From assembly GCA_024679065.1 (NCBI GenBank), contig JAGIQG010000009.1, positions 55,552,001 through 55,616,000 of the forward strand: a DNA stretch of 64,000 nucleotides, given 5' to 3'. Under the pieces are notes generated by a model, which saw nothing but the letters and a program-made list of their open reading frames with translations, was not told where the DNA came from and ran no database searches. Shown here in pieces: positions 1-12,200 of this stretch (position 1 is the stretch's first letter; every line of letters begins with the position of its first letter). A program made the position numbers and the translations under genes. Source of the stretch: Sphyrna mokarran (taxonomy: Eukaryota).

Positions 1-156
1 AAAAATTGTCCGATGTGTAAATACTTTACAAAAAATGTTTTTGATTTGCAACAAAACCCTGTTCTTAAAAAAACTTAAAAAAATTACTTGTGCATTAATC
101 TCCTTCCAATTTTCATGTGTAATGAAATGATTTAAAGTAACAGATTCATAACTAAC

Positions 157-294
157 CAGTGGCAAACTCGACTTGTGTCTCCCGTCTGAATACCCCTTCT
201 GTAAGAGAGTATCCATTAACTGCTTCCCCAATTTCTTTTGCAGTTGTCCAATAAATGGGATTTAGGATTGAGATGAGTTTCCTCATGGCAGGGC
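157..294 (-). CDS. HMCN1: HMCN1 exon, G2 domain part 2 (138 bp)
   Basis: ttctag|GC CCT GCC ATG AGG AAA...GAG TTT GCC ACT G|gttagt; [45 protein letters not shown]. Confidence 0.93.
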
Positions 295-3200
295 CTAGAA
301 AAAAAAACAATGAAGTACTCAATACTTGTCATAAAACAATCTATACTTGGAAGTTATAAAGCACCAACCATGTCAACAGTTTTTTCATTATATATTTTGT
401 GAACCCAATAATCCAGAATATTTAGATATGGGGACAGATCAGTGAATGCACACTGCAAGCCTTTGAGCTGTAAACAAAAGATTCAGCTCATTTGGCTCAT
501 GAGAGAATTACAAAGTAAGAGGTTATGACACTCCCTGCATGCCCAAATACATTATAAAATAATTAAGGAGTTCTCTGGCATTGTTAGAATAGTAAGATGA
601 CTTCCTGCACCTGGTAGCTCAAGAAAAGTGTTAAAATTACAAGCTTAGGTGCTATCCCCTTCCCATGGCTACTGATGAAAATTAAGCATTTCTGTCCCTC
701 ATTTCTTTATTTCCTAATTTCTTCTATTTTCAAGGTTTTTCTGTTTTAATAACATTTCACTTTTTATTAAAACCCAGATTCTGAAGATGAAGCCCACAGA
801 GAAGCCCACACGCTTCAGTCATGTATATGTCTGGAAAAGGTTGAGTTGATGAATCAAGTACTAAGCACTTACCAATGCTCCTTGGTATATTTGAGATTTG
901 TGCTTTTATAACTTGCGTACCAGTTTCTGGGCTGTCAAACACTGTAGCATTCAGTAAAGCAATACCAAATTCCACATTGTTAATATTTCCTATAACACTT
1001 CCTCTGGCACGCTGAGGACCACCTGAAAAAAAGACAGATACTGCAAATTTCCTGCTACTTTGAAAAGAAAATTCAAGAGCATAGATTAGCGCTTGTTAAC
1101 CAGTCACTTCCCTATGAGAAGATACGTTCGCACTGTGTACCTTGACATCCTGAACTATCCATGGCATTGGCATGCAATGTATTAAAACAACTTTCTGCTG
1201 AAAATGAAATGCTTTGTGTAAGTGAACCTCAGTAAAATGTATCTTCTTAAGATTAATAGACTGATGAAATGTATGAAATTCATTCAGTACATTTCTGGTT
1301 ATCTAGAAGATTCTGAAAGGCTTGAGAGCTTTATGATCAATTAAGCTTAAATAAATGATACTGGAATGGTAACAGAATGATTGGAAGTTATTGAAAAGTG
1401 TTAAGTGCATTTTTCTGGGTTCATTATGATTTTCTGGTATAATTTTAATGCAACCTTGATGTACTGTGACTTGTGAAGAAATGCAGAGAACAAAAGTAGA
1501 ATTGGTATAAAATTTGAGTGAACTGCTGTATGCTATACTCACATTGGATTGCAAAGTGTGGTGTACTACAATTATAGTAATGCAATTGATATAGTTATTT
1601 ATATATTTTATGTGTAAGGGAAATGTTTAAATTCAATTTTATTCTACAGGTAGTTGTTATGTCTGGGAAACATTTAGCTAAAGGGTTGTGAAAGCAAGTT
1701 AAGTACTCATTTCAGCTAGGAATTTGTTATGTTGATATGCTGATGGATTTCTGTTGACTTAAAGGATTCCTTGGGAAGTTGATTGATAAGGTCATGTAAC
1801 AATGTGGCTAATGTGCAGAGCTGAGTCTGTAGCAGAGAGAAAGAAGCTTTTGCAGTTTAGAGTTGGGATTTTAGATGGAAATTGAAAATAGAGTTTCTTC
1901 AAGCACCTTAGGAACTCATCCCTCTCTCAGAAAACTCCAAACCTGTGTACAATTGTTATAGCAAGTAGACATGAGTATTAACTGTATTTAAAGTGGCCTT
2001 TAAGTCTGTAAGAGGAATGTTGCCTGCTTGGAACTGGAAGTTTAAAATTAACATGGTTAACGTCAGCAAAAATAGAAGATAGGAATGATGTTAATGAAAA
2101 AGGTCATGTCTCACAAAGCTTTTTTCTTGATGGTAGGACTTCTTTGAAGTGGTTTTTGTTGAATTATGAAGATTGTATCGAATTCAAAACTGAAGCTCTT
2201 TTCAATTATTCAACAAAGCAGCTGACAAACCTGGACATGGCTGGATTTTACATCTAGACACCTGTGAACCATCGCCTGGGCATGAACGGCCTCCATTAGA
2301 GGGCACTGGGTTGTTACACAGACGAAGACGCCTCTGTTCACCACCTCCACAAGATGCTGAACAATCATTCCAGGTTTGCCAAGGTCCCCAATTTCCATCC
2401 ACTGGACATAAATTTAGAAGGAATAAATAAGAACAATTACTAAATAGCATTATTTGTATCACCAAGGAAGAGTCTGAGGAAACATTAGAGCTTTACCACA
2501 CCTTAGACTATTTCATTAGGTTTTACATTAAATTAATTGCCTTTCTGGTGAGTAAAATCATACTTTTATAAACATTCCCCTCTTGTTCCTTGTAAATTCC
2601 ATTCTTTCTTACATGTCCCTTTACATCCCAACCTTACTGAAATCAAGGCTTGTCTTAATAGCCTATTTTAGCTCATTCTTTCCCAGGACTTTTAATCTGT
2701 GGATTGCTTCACCTCCTTCAATCATTCCTTTCTTTTTTTTTAAGCAACACAGCACGGGAAACAGGCCCTTCAGCCCAACGAGCCCGCGCCGCCGTCATAC
2801 TATATAGTAGCAAATCCATTATCCTATTTTAATATTCCTATATAATATATATATTATTCCTAATATGGAAAATTCTCACCATAGGGACAATTTGTTTCCC
2901 AATCAGCCTAAGAGCGAATTTTTGGGTTGTGGGAGGAAACCGGAGCGCCCGGAGAAAACCCACGCAACCACGGGGAGAACGCGCAAACTCCCGCAGACAC
3001 CGGCCCAATTCCAAGTGTCTGCACAGCCACATCGATAGTCTCTGAGCTGTCATGGTGCCCTTCAGATGGTCCACATAAAGCACTCATTTACGACATGAGG
3101 TACCAGGCAACCCATGAATCAACATCCAAGAGCTGTACCCGCACCACCTGCCGAATGCATGCTCAATGTTGGTCAAGTATGGACCGAATTACCTGTGGAA

Positions 3201-6200
3201 AAAAGCCGTAGTTAAACAGTCCTACTATATCCCTCTATCTGCATACCGCTCATGTGGCTGTCCAAGAGACCCTTAAACAGCCCCAGCGTGCCTGCTCCCA
3301 CCACCTTACTCGGCAGTGCATTCCACACCCCCACTACCCTTTGTGTGAAAAACTGCCCTCTAATATTCGTCCTATACATAGCCCCCCTCACCCTATGGCC
3401 ATGACCCCTCGTCCTATCCATTTCTAAAGGTGGAAAAAGTTTACCTCCATTTACTCTATCTATACCCCTTATAATCTTATACACCTCTATGAGATCCCCT
3501 CTAAGCCGACGTCTTTCAAGGGAAAACAACCCCAGTCTATCTAATCGTTCCTCATAAGACAGTCCTTCCATACCAGGCAGCATCCTGGTAAACCTCCTCT
3601 GCACTCTCTCCAAGGACTCCACATCCTTCCGATAGTACGGCGACCAGAACTGGACGCAGTATTCCAAGTGAGGCCTAACCAAAGTTCTATACAACTGCAA
3701 CATCAAACTCCTACTCTTGTATTCTATACCCTTTTCTATGAAAGCTAACATACTATACGCCTTCTTTATCACCTTCTCCACCTGTGAGGACACCTTCAGA
3801 GACTTGTGAACCTGCACCCCCAAGTCTCTCTGCGTCTCTATGCTCCGTATAGTTTTACCTTTTATCCTATAACTCTCTTCTACATTTTTCCGGCCAAAAT
3901 GCATCACCTCGCATTTATCCGGATTAAATTCCATTTGCCATCTATCTGCCCAGTCTACCAACCTGTCTATGTCCTGTTGTATTGCCTGACACTGCTCTTC
4001 TGTACCCGCCAATCCAAGCATCTTGGTGTCATCAGCAAATTTGCTGATCTCACCACCTACCCCTACTTCCAAGTCGTTTATGTAGACCACAAATAGAAGA
4101 GGACCTAGTACTGAGCCTTGTGGCACTCCACTAGTGACAGGCTTCCAGCCGGAAAAAGAGCCTTCCACTACTACCCTCTGTCTCCTCCTCCCGAGCCAGT
4201 TCTCGACCCATCTACATACCCGACCCTGTATCCCATGCGCCTTCACCTTCTCTATCAGTCTACCATGAGGAACCTTGTCAAACGCCTTACTGAAATCCAT
4301 GTAGACGACATCAACAGCCTGTCCTTCATCAACTGTTTTTGTCACTTCTTCAAAAAATTCCACTAGATTTGTAAGACAAGACTTCCCCTTGACGAAGCCA
4401 TGCTGCGTATCCCTGATCAGATCGCAGCGCTCCAGATGCTCATACATCCTGTCCCTAAGGATCCTCTCCATTAGCTTACCTATAACTGAAGTCAAGCTCA
4501 CCGGCCTATAGTTCCCTGGGTGATCCCTCTGACCTTTTTTAAACAACGGTACTACGTTTGCTATCCTCCAGTCCTCTGGGACCTCACCTGTGTCCAAGGA
4601 AGAGACAAAGATTTGCGTCAGAGGCCCAGCCAAGTCTTCCCTCAACTCCCTTAGCAGCCTGGGGTAAATGCCATCAGGCCCCGGAGCTTTATATGTCTTT
4701 AAGCTGCCTAACAGCCCCAACACCTCTTTCCTCGTAATCCTTATTTCCCTCAACCGATCCTCAACTTTGTCAACATCAGGCACAGACATCTGTCCAGTCT
4801 CCTGCGTGAATACCGACGCAAAGTATTCATTCAGGATCTCCCCCATTCCCTCAGGCTCTAAGCATAGATCCCCTCCTCTGTCCCTAACAGGTCCAATCTT
4901 GCCTCTAACCATCCTTTTGCTCCCTACATAGGTGTAAAATGTCTTTGGATTTTCCTTTATCCTGCCTGCCAGAGCCACCTCGTGGCCCCTTTTTGCCTTT
5001 CTAATACCCCTTTTAAGATCCCGTCTACACTCTCTATAAGCTTCCAGCGCTGTCTCAGTCCCTAGTTGCCTAGATCTAATGTAAGCCTCTCGCTTTTTCT
5101 TGATCAAGTCCTCAATCTCCCTGGTAAGCCAAGGTTCTCTAATCCTACCTTTCCCATCCTTCCTCCTTGCCGGCACGTATCTTTCCTGCAGAGAGTTTAG
5201 TTTTCCCTTGAAAGACTCCCACATGTACCTCGTCGACCTGCCCTCAAAAAGCTTATCCCAGTCGGTATCTTTAAGATCTTGCCTAATCTGGCCATATCTA
5301 GCCCTTCCCCAGTTAAATACCTTCCCTTTTGGGCCAGTCTCGTCCTTTTCCATTAATATCCTAAAACAGACAGAGTTGTGATCACTATTTGACACCTGCT
5401 CTCCTACCTTGACGCCAACCACCTGGCCTGGCTCATTTCCCAGAACCAAATCCAGTATAGCCCCATCTCTAGTCGGGCCATCCACATACTGCTCCAAGGA
5501 CCCTTCCAAAACACACTGTACAAATTCCTCCCCATCCACTCCTACAGCCCTGGGCACACTCCAATCTACTCCAGGAAAATTGAAATCTCCCACTACTACC
5601 ACCCTATTTTTTCTACACTTATCTAAAATGTCCCTGCATATCCCTTCTTCCACGGCCCGCGGGCTGTTGGGCGGTCTGTAGTAAACACCCAACAGAGTAA
5701 CCACTCCCTTCCTATTCCTCAACTCCACCCATAGAGACTCCATCTCCAATCTACAGACTTTTAAAATACATGTTAGTGTCAACTAATCAACATAACTTGA
5801 TCTACTCTGACTTCTCTCTTGGGTGAGATTGGTCTTGTGATAGCACGCAATGGGCAATAGTAAATGTATTGGCCATTTACACTCAGTCTGACTGACTTCA
5901 GAGGAAGAGCAAACTGAATAGAATATAGATTTATTATTGTGTATTTAAAACACTTGCCTATTTTCAGCCTCTTAATCTGCACATCAACATCCCTCAAATT
6001 TAAAATGTTGTAAAATATATAATTTTAAGATCAACAATGTTTACATATCTTATCCATCTTTGATTCATTTGAAGTGTTCAAATTAAAGCATGGGCATTTG
6101 GAATCAATTGTACAAAGCATTATATTCATGAAAAAAAATGTTCAACGAATCTCTTTGAAGGGCAGACTCAAGAACCAGCCTGACAAGACTCACCTTTGTA

Positions 6201-9200
6201 CCAATGGTTCAGTAAAGGAGACATAATGATACTTTTTTTCCTTTTATTATTTTAATTTTCACTTTTTAAAAAATATATTTTTATTAGAGATTTTTCATTT
6301 TTACAAATAACGCAACACATTCTCAAACTTGTACAACACAGCATAATCATTTCTCCATTTATAAATATAAAAAGAGACAGGAGGAAACCAACTTAGCTGG
6401 TTTGATAGATTCAATATACCTGGTGCTTCCATATATACAAAAGAAAATAGAGAGGATAAGTAAAAAGATGTGGGAAAAGCAGATAAAGCTGTGGAACCAT
6501 GATAAGATGGTGTACACTCTCTTGCACAGTATGTTAGAGGCAATGCTACGTAGCTTACGGAAAGACTTGAAGGACTAAGCCAGACATTATGGAACCTGTA
6601 TATTCTAGATATACAAGATAAAGGATTAGTACAGAATGTCCTTTCTGCATCAAATCCTTCCTATTAAAACTTAAGACACACACCCACCTACCAACAGTGA
6701 CCCTACACAGTTTATCATGATCAAAGCAAAAGAGACCATAAAACATAAACCATATTATAAGCATATGGATGAAAAAAAAGGAAGAATATTTTTTACACAG
6801 CCCTAGTGTTGTACAATCTGCACAGTGTTTCCTTAACCAGAAGGAGCGCTCTGAGTAATGTTTTCCAGAAAAGACAAACGGAAGTCCCTGCCAATCTTAA
6901 GGATTAAAACGCACCAAGGTGCTCAATTACTTGAATGATATATACCAACACAGAATCTGGAAGGAGTTACAATGACAAGGGATAGAGTCCAGATCTTACA
7001 TTTGAACTACAATCTGCTATTCCAAATTATTGCCTTCTACGAAGTTCACAAAAGCTGGACTGTTGAACGTCTTGGTAGAGTTGTTGAATGTATCCTCAAC
7101 GTAGCAGGATACAGTAGGGCATATTGCACTCCAATGCTTTTCAGTTATCTTCCATTTTAATTGATGCCTTGCCCCTCTGTTGCACCGCTACCAAGAAATC
7201 TAGAAAAAACAGAGACCTTTGCTCAACCATTGAGCAAGGCTCCATTGTGCTTAATCCAATATTGTTTAATGATCCTTGAAGTTATGAAAATGCATAATTA
7301 TGGGCTGGGGTCATTGATTGTCCCTAAGCCTCAGAGACAGGGTATGAGGGGCCCCTTCCTAACTTAGTATGCCTAGCTTCTGTTTCTAAATTTAAAAAAA
7401 ATATGGCCATCAGCTCTCAAAGAATTTAACTGGGAGCTCATCCTCAGCCCCTTCTGACAAACTGACAATCTGGACAATTTTCCTCCACCTTCAGTTCTCC
7501 AGATTGCCAAGGAATTCTGACATACCACATAGCTGTTTTTTCAAGGATTGTAAGCAGGCTTCAGCCAACGCTGTTGCATTTTCAACAGTAACAATTCTCT
7601 CCTCCATTTCACCAAGCCCTTTGCCAGTTTTCTGCATTTCCATAGCTCGAGCACAGATATTTGTGCCAAGATTCTCATTAATGACCTTAATAATAGGAGC
7701 AGTTGTCAATTATAATGTCTTTGAGAATTTCAGATTGAGAGGATGTTTGTTCACTAAGTCACTGTTTTGAGGAGTCAGCCCCATCTTCTGACTGTTACTT
7801 TTGTTGACAGTTTTCTTACTATTTCTCAGCACTCTATCACCATTGTTTAATCAGAAATCTTCCAGGGACATAATATGGAGTTCTCACTCCCAGATTAGCT
7901 AAGTATGAGCTATGGCAGTGTGATAAATAAAAGGGTCACAGGCTAAGTAGTGCCAAAGCTCATGGAAAGACATCTATTCCTGCACTCAAATTATGTGACC
8001 CCAATTTTCATTTTTTTAAAAAGTCAAGTGCCTCTGTGTATTTTATGAATTCTCTATATAGTTTGTACCGTGGTACTTTCAGAGAAATAGTGCAAAGTTG
8101 ACAGTATGTTGTGTATATGTTGGGAACAATACAGTACTTGTGAGGAAGGTAGTGTTCTATCATTGAGAAATGCACCACCTGCGCATAGTGGGTGGTAATT
8201 GCATGTGTCAGTGTATTGCTATGGGTTTCGCCTCTTAGTGGGGTATACTAAATAAGCAAAAGTTTGCATCTGATCACAAGACTGGTCAATTCCCTAATGG
8301 TTCCCCAGATTGTTGCAATGAAAGTTGCAAATAAGTGCAGCAGTAATTATCTCTGATAACAGCTCCTTACTGGTATTATCCCCCACCTCTCAGGCAGAGG
8401 TGTTTGCAAGTCAAGGGTGGAATCAGGTATAGTCAATTTTTGCGAGATACCCTTTAAGTATTCTACTGCAGAATGTAGTAAAGATGAATTTCAATAAAAA
8501 CATCACCACTTCATGAAGAAACAGAACTCTTTCTCCAGAAGCCATGTATTAATTTAATTAATATAAAAAAGACTGCCAATTCTCACAGCTGCTGCAATAT
8601 TGGTTCTGATATTGCATCTTCTGCCATGTTTGCACCCTGATCAGCATCTTATGTTACGTCATCCTACATATGGCCTGGAATTCACTGTAAATTTGAGTTT
8701 CATCTGATATCTCATATTGCATAAATGACAGGAGGAACATCATATAAGATTTTGAGAAGACTTTGCTAGTTCTTTTATATATGTTCACAGTTATGCTATG
8801 CAAAGTAACTGGAAAATGGATATGTTGATCACTATTTTCAGCTCTGATCTGTTGGCAGTTACACCAAAAATTCCTGGCCCATAATGTTGCTCCAAAATAC
8901 AAATGTAAAATCAACCAGCTCACCTGGGCAAACATCAATACTACATCGCTGAACCTGTGTATCAGCTCCAGCACAAGCCCTTCCACCACTTGCCGGCCGG
9001 GGATTGTCACAGGTACGGTATCGTCGCATTTGTCCTCCATTGCATGTTCGACTGCAGGTTCCCCAGCTGCTCCATGGACCCCAGTTTCCATGGACTAAAG
9101 ATAGTGCAAACAAAAAAAATGCTAGTGTTATTCAATATGTTATAACTTGTGGACCGTAACTTCAAAATACAAATAGAACAAACAAGTCCTCCTGCTGCAA

Positions 9201-12200
9201 ACCTGAGAACACAAACTAATAGATGTGGGGAATTCATTAATTAGCTAAATGAGCTAACCAATTGCTTGTTCTTTATAGCCTTCAGGCAGGTTCTCTTTTG
9301 TTGGTACATTAACCATTTATTGTGATTTAAAAAACAACATGAATATAGTACATTTTAAGTCACATCTTAATATGTTTCTTGCTTCAAATCCTTTCAGTGA
9401 CAAAAGTCAAAAAAATCAAAGATCAGGAGGAATTTCTTCACACGAGTTATCAACAACAGGAATTCATTTTTCAAGCAGGATAATGGTGAAAATATTGGAA
9501 TTGTTCAAGTCAGTGGGAAGATGAGAAGGAAACTCTTTTTTCTGGGCGAAAAGATTAAAGAGTTGACTAGCTCCTTCTTCTGCATTTATCTTGTAATTCT
9601 GTGAATGAAGAATAAAATAACTGACAACTTGGCTGTGCTGCAGCAGCATAGGTGTATAATATTCATACAGAGGGTGGTGGCAAAAAAACAGTAAAACTAA
9701 GCCACCATGGCACATTTGTCTAACATGATGGAAATACTGCCAATTCCAGAGAGAATTTGAACCTAAATTCAAAGAATTGAAGCACAAGTTGGTAATATCA
9801 AAAGATTTCCAAGTTTATGTCAAGATACTGCTGGAGTTCAATTAGTTATGAATGTGCACTGTTTCAGCACAGAACATTTAGGCAACAGCTAGGAGGCTTA
9901 CACTATGGAAAGTCAATCTTCCCTTATGGAGAAAACGGAAAATTACGAATAAGCACTAGTATCCAAATGGCAATATTTCAGGTTGAGACTATGAACCAGA
10001 CCACTGCCTTAAGGCTTCAAGATGCTAATTTTCCTTTTGGGTGCTGATGGACCAGTCGTGTATTTCTAGAAAATTCTGATTGTATCATATCTTAATCTAT
10101 TATATGACCTTTATTTTAAATCCCAATTTTTTTGTTTAAAGATGCGTACACTGCAATGGTTTAATCAGCTAATGGATGGAAGTAACTGAACTAGCAACCA
10201 ATTACCATTTTTTAATGAAGATCTGCAATCACCTTTCCATACTCACCTGGACACGGATCACTGTTGCAGAAATCAATCTGTACATCATTGCCTTCACAGT
10301 AGCGCCCTCCATACTGTGGCGTTGGATCTGAACATGTTCTGGCCCTTTGGCGTGTGCCTCCTCCACAGGACACACTACATGCTGTCCAGCTGATCCAGGA
10401 TGTCCATTTTCCATCCACTTAAAACAGTGAAATGCCAAATAATTAGAATTTGATTATATAATTAGAACAATTATATTAGTTAGCCTAAAAAGATTCATGG
10501 TACTCATGATATTCATGAACAGAGGCTCTTGGTCCAGTCAATTGGGCAAAGAACACATTTATGATCCTCTCTTACTCATCAAACAGGCTGTGTTAATATA
10601 CTGGGCTGCAGTGAATAATGACTAGCTTTGTAATTGATTTCACATAGTTTTCCATTTCAATTTACTTAAGATTGAGGCTCAGAAAGTTAGCATTTATATA
10701 AGATCTTTCATGCTTTCATAATGCTCCAAAGCACTTCAAAACTAATGAATCATTTTTATAGTTCCATTAACTGTAGCCATGACAATTTAAACAAAACAAA
10801 CTCTGGTTGAGTATAGGAGGCTGGTCCTGGGAGACAGATTGAAGGAAGAAAGGTGTCCAGGTTCCTTTTAAATATTGTGCCCAGACATTAGGGTGCAAAT
10901 GGGCTGATGGTGGGGAGTTGGACTTCCTTCCACGCCAACTACAAAATTCATGGTGCTCAGCACGGATCCATAAGTAATGAGCTGAACAGCATGAGATTGC
11001 ATGTGGTCAGCCGCCCCACATTCCAGCTGGAATCGCTCCCACTCCTGCACCCGTCATCAAACTTAGACTCTAGAGAGAAGATTCTGCCTACAGGTGGAAA
11101 CAAAGCTGCCTAGAGATGACTGAGAAACAGCACTGAAGGAAACTGAAATAAAAAGTTAATGGTTTCAAACATCTGTGCCTTTGTCAGTGCGGCGTAATGC
11201 AGCATCTTACAGACAGCTGCACACAGGTGCATCACCCAGGTGATAGATGTTCTCTTCATGGAAGCTACATAACACATCAAATCCAAAACCTCTAGAGCAT
11301 CGCAGACTCAGGGAACATTGGGTTTGGTGTCTGGACCAGACAATGGTTCACTTCTGCAAGGGATTTGATTATTATGATGATCTGCTATGCTGTCCATAAC
11401 AAGGCTTCCAGAGAGATATGGACTTCGAAGATGATGAAACCCTAGAAGACAATAATTCATTGAGGGAGGAGCAGGCAGTGAGACCAGAAGTATTGGAAGG
11501 AAAGGGAAATGATGCTGAATAGAAAGATGTTCCTCCTGCTTGATAAGGTAATCTCCTCCTGCAACCTCTGGGAAGTGAACCTCCATCCTCTCCTTCATGG
11601 ATGCTAAGAATCCAGCTGCTCTGGAATTTGAAAGGTTTTGATACAAACATTCACCCGTAGGTGAAAGCTGCCTTTATTCCTGCTCCTCACATGCTCTAAT
11701 CAGTTGTATAACAGCGTAATTACAGGCTCACCCCTGCAAAAATCTGAATTTCAGTCAGTTTTCTAGTGAGACAGGTTTCTGTCACAAAAAATGATGTGGT
11801 TCCTGTATCCTTCCTCCTTGTCATTTCATGCTATTCAGTTCATCTATGGTATGACTCCCATCAAAAAGGCAGATCTGAAAAAAACCTTCCTACACAGAAC
11901 TTCAATGCAAAATCTACCTGGACATATGAATGAGAATCATTGGACACAACAGCAAATACTTAATTTCAAACCCAACAGCTGCCTGGTTTCAACCTTCCAA
12001 GTAAAGAGTGGTCCACCCTCAACACATTCAGGACTGACCACAGCCTCTCTTGTCCAACTTCCACAGATGGGCAGTAGTGCCAGCCCCATTATGTGTCTGT
12101 GGAAGACAGCAAACTCTGCACCACATCATAGAAGAGTATCATATAGATTCAGCAGAGGCCTATCCACACACAACACAGCAGGACAGAATGAAACTGCTTG

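Noticed and set aside
1600-2200. Possible solo LTR (also ~29090-29830 and ~43640-43900)
   Set aside because: Composition is suggestive, but I could not fix TG...CA ends, a TSD or a second copy.
2838-3211. Duplicated ORFs 2927-3211 (+) and 2838-3083 (-), with twins at 17028-17416, as novel small proteins
   Set aside because: They are read-throughs of the non-coding V-domain and UTR. Identity reflects recent copying, and the twins differ by frameshifts at their C-termini.
3806-5681. Plus-strand ORFs overlapping the LINE
   Set aside because: Antisense shadows of the ORF2 reading frame.
3212-5782. 856-aa ORF as a complete host gene or autonomous element
   Set aside because: Starts mid-endonuclease, the TTG start appears to be in flanking DNA, and there is no ORF1 or 5' UTR; it is a 5'-truncated LINE copy.
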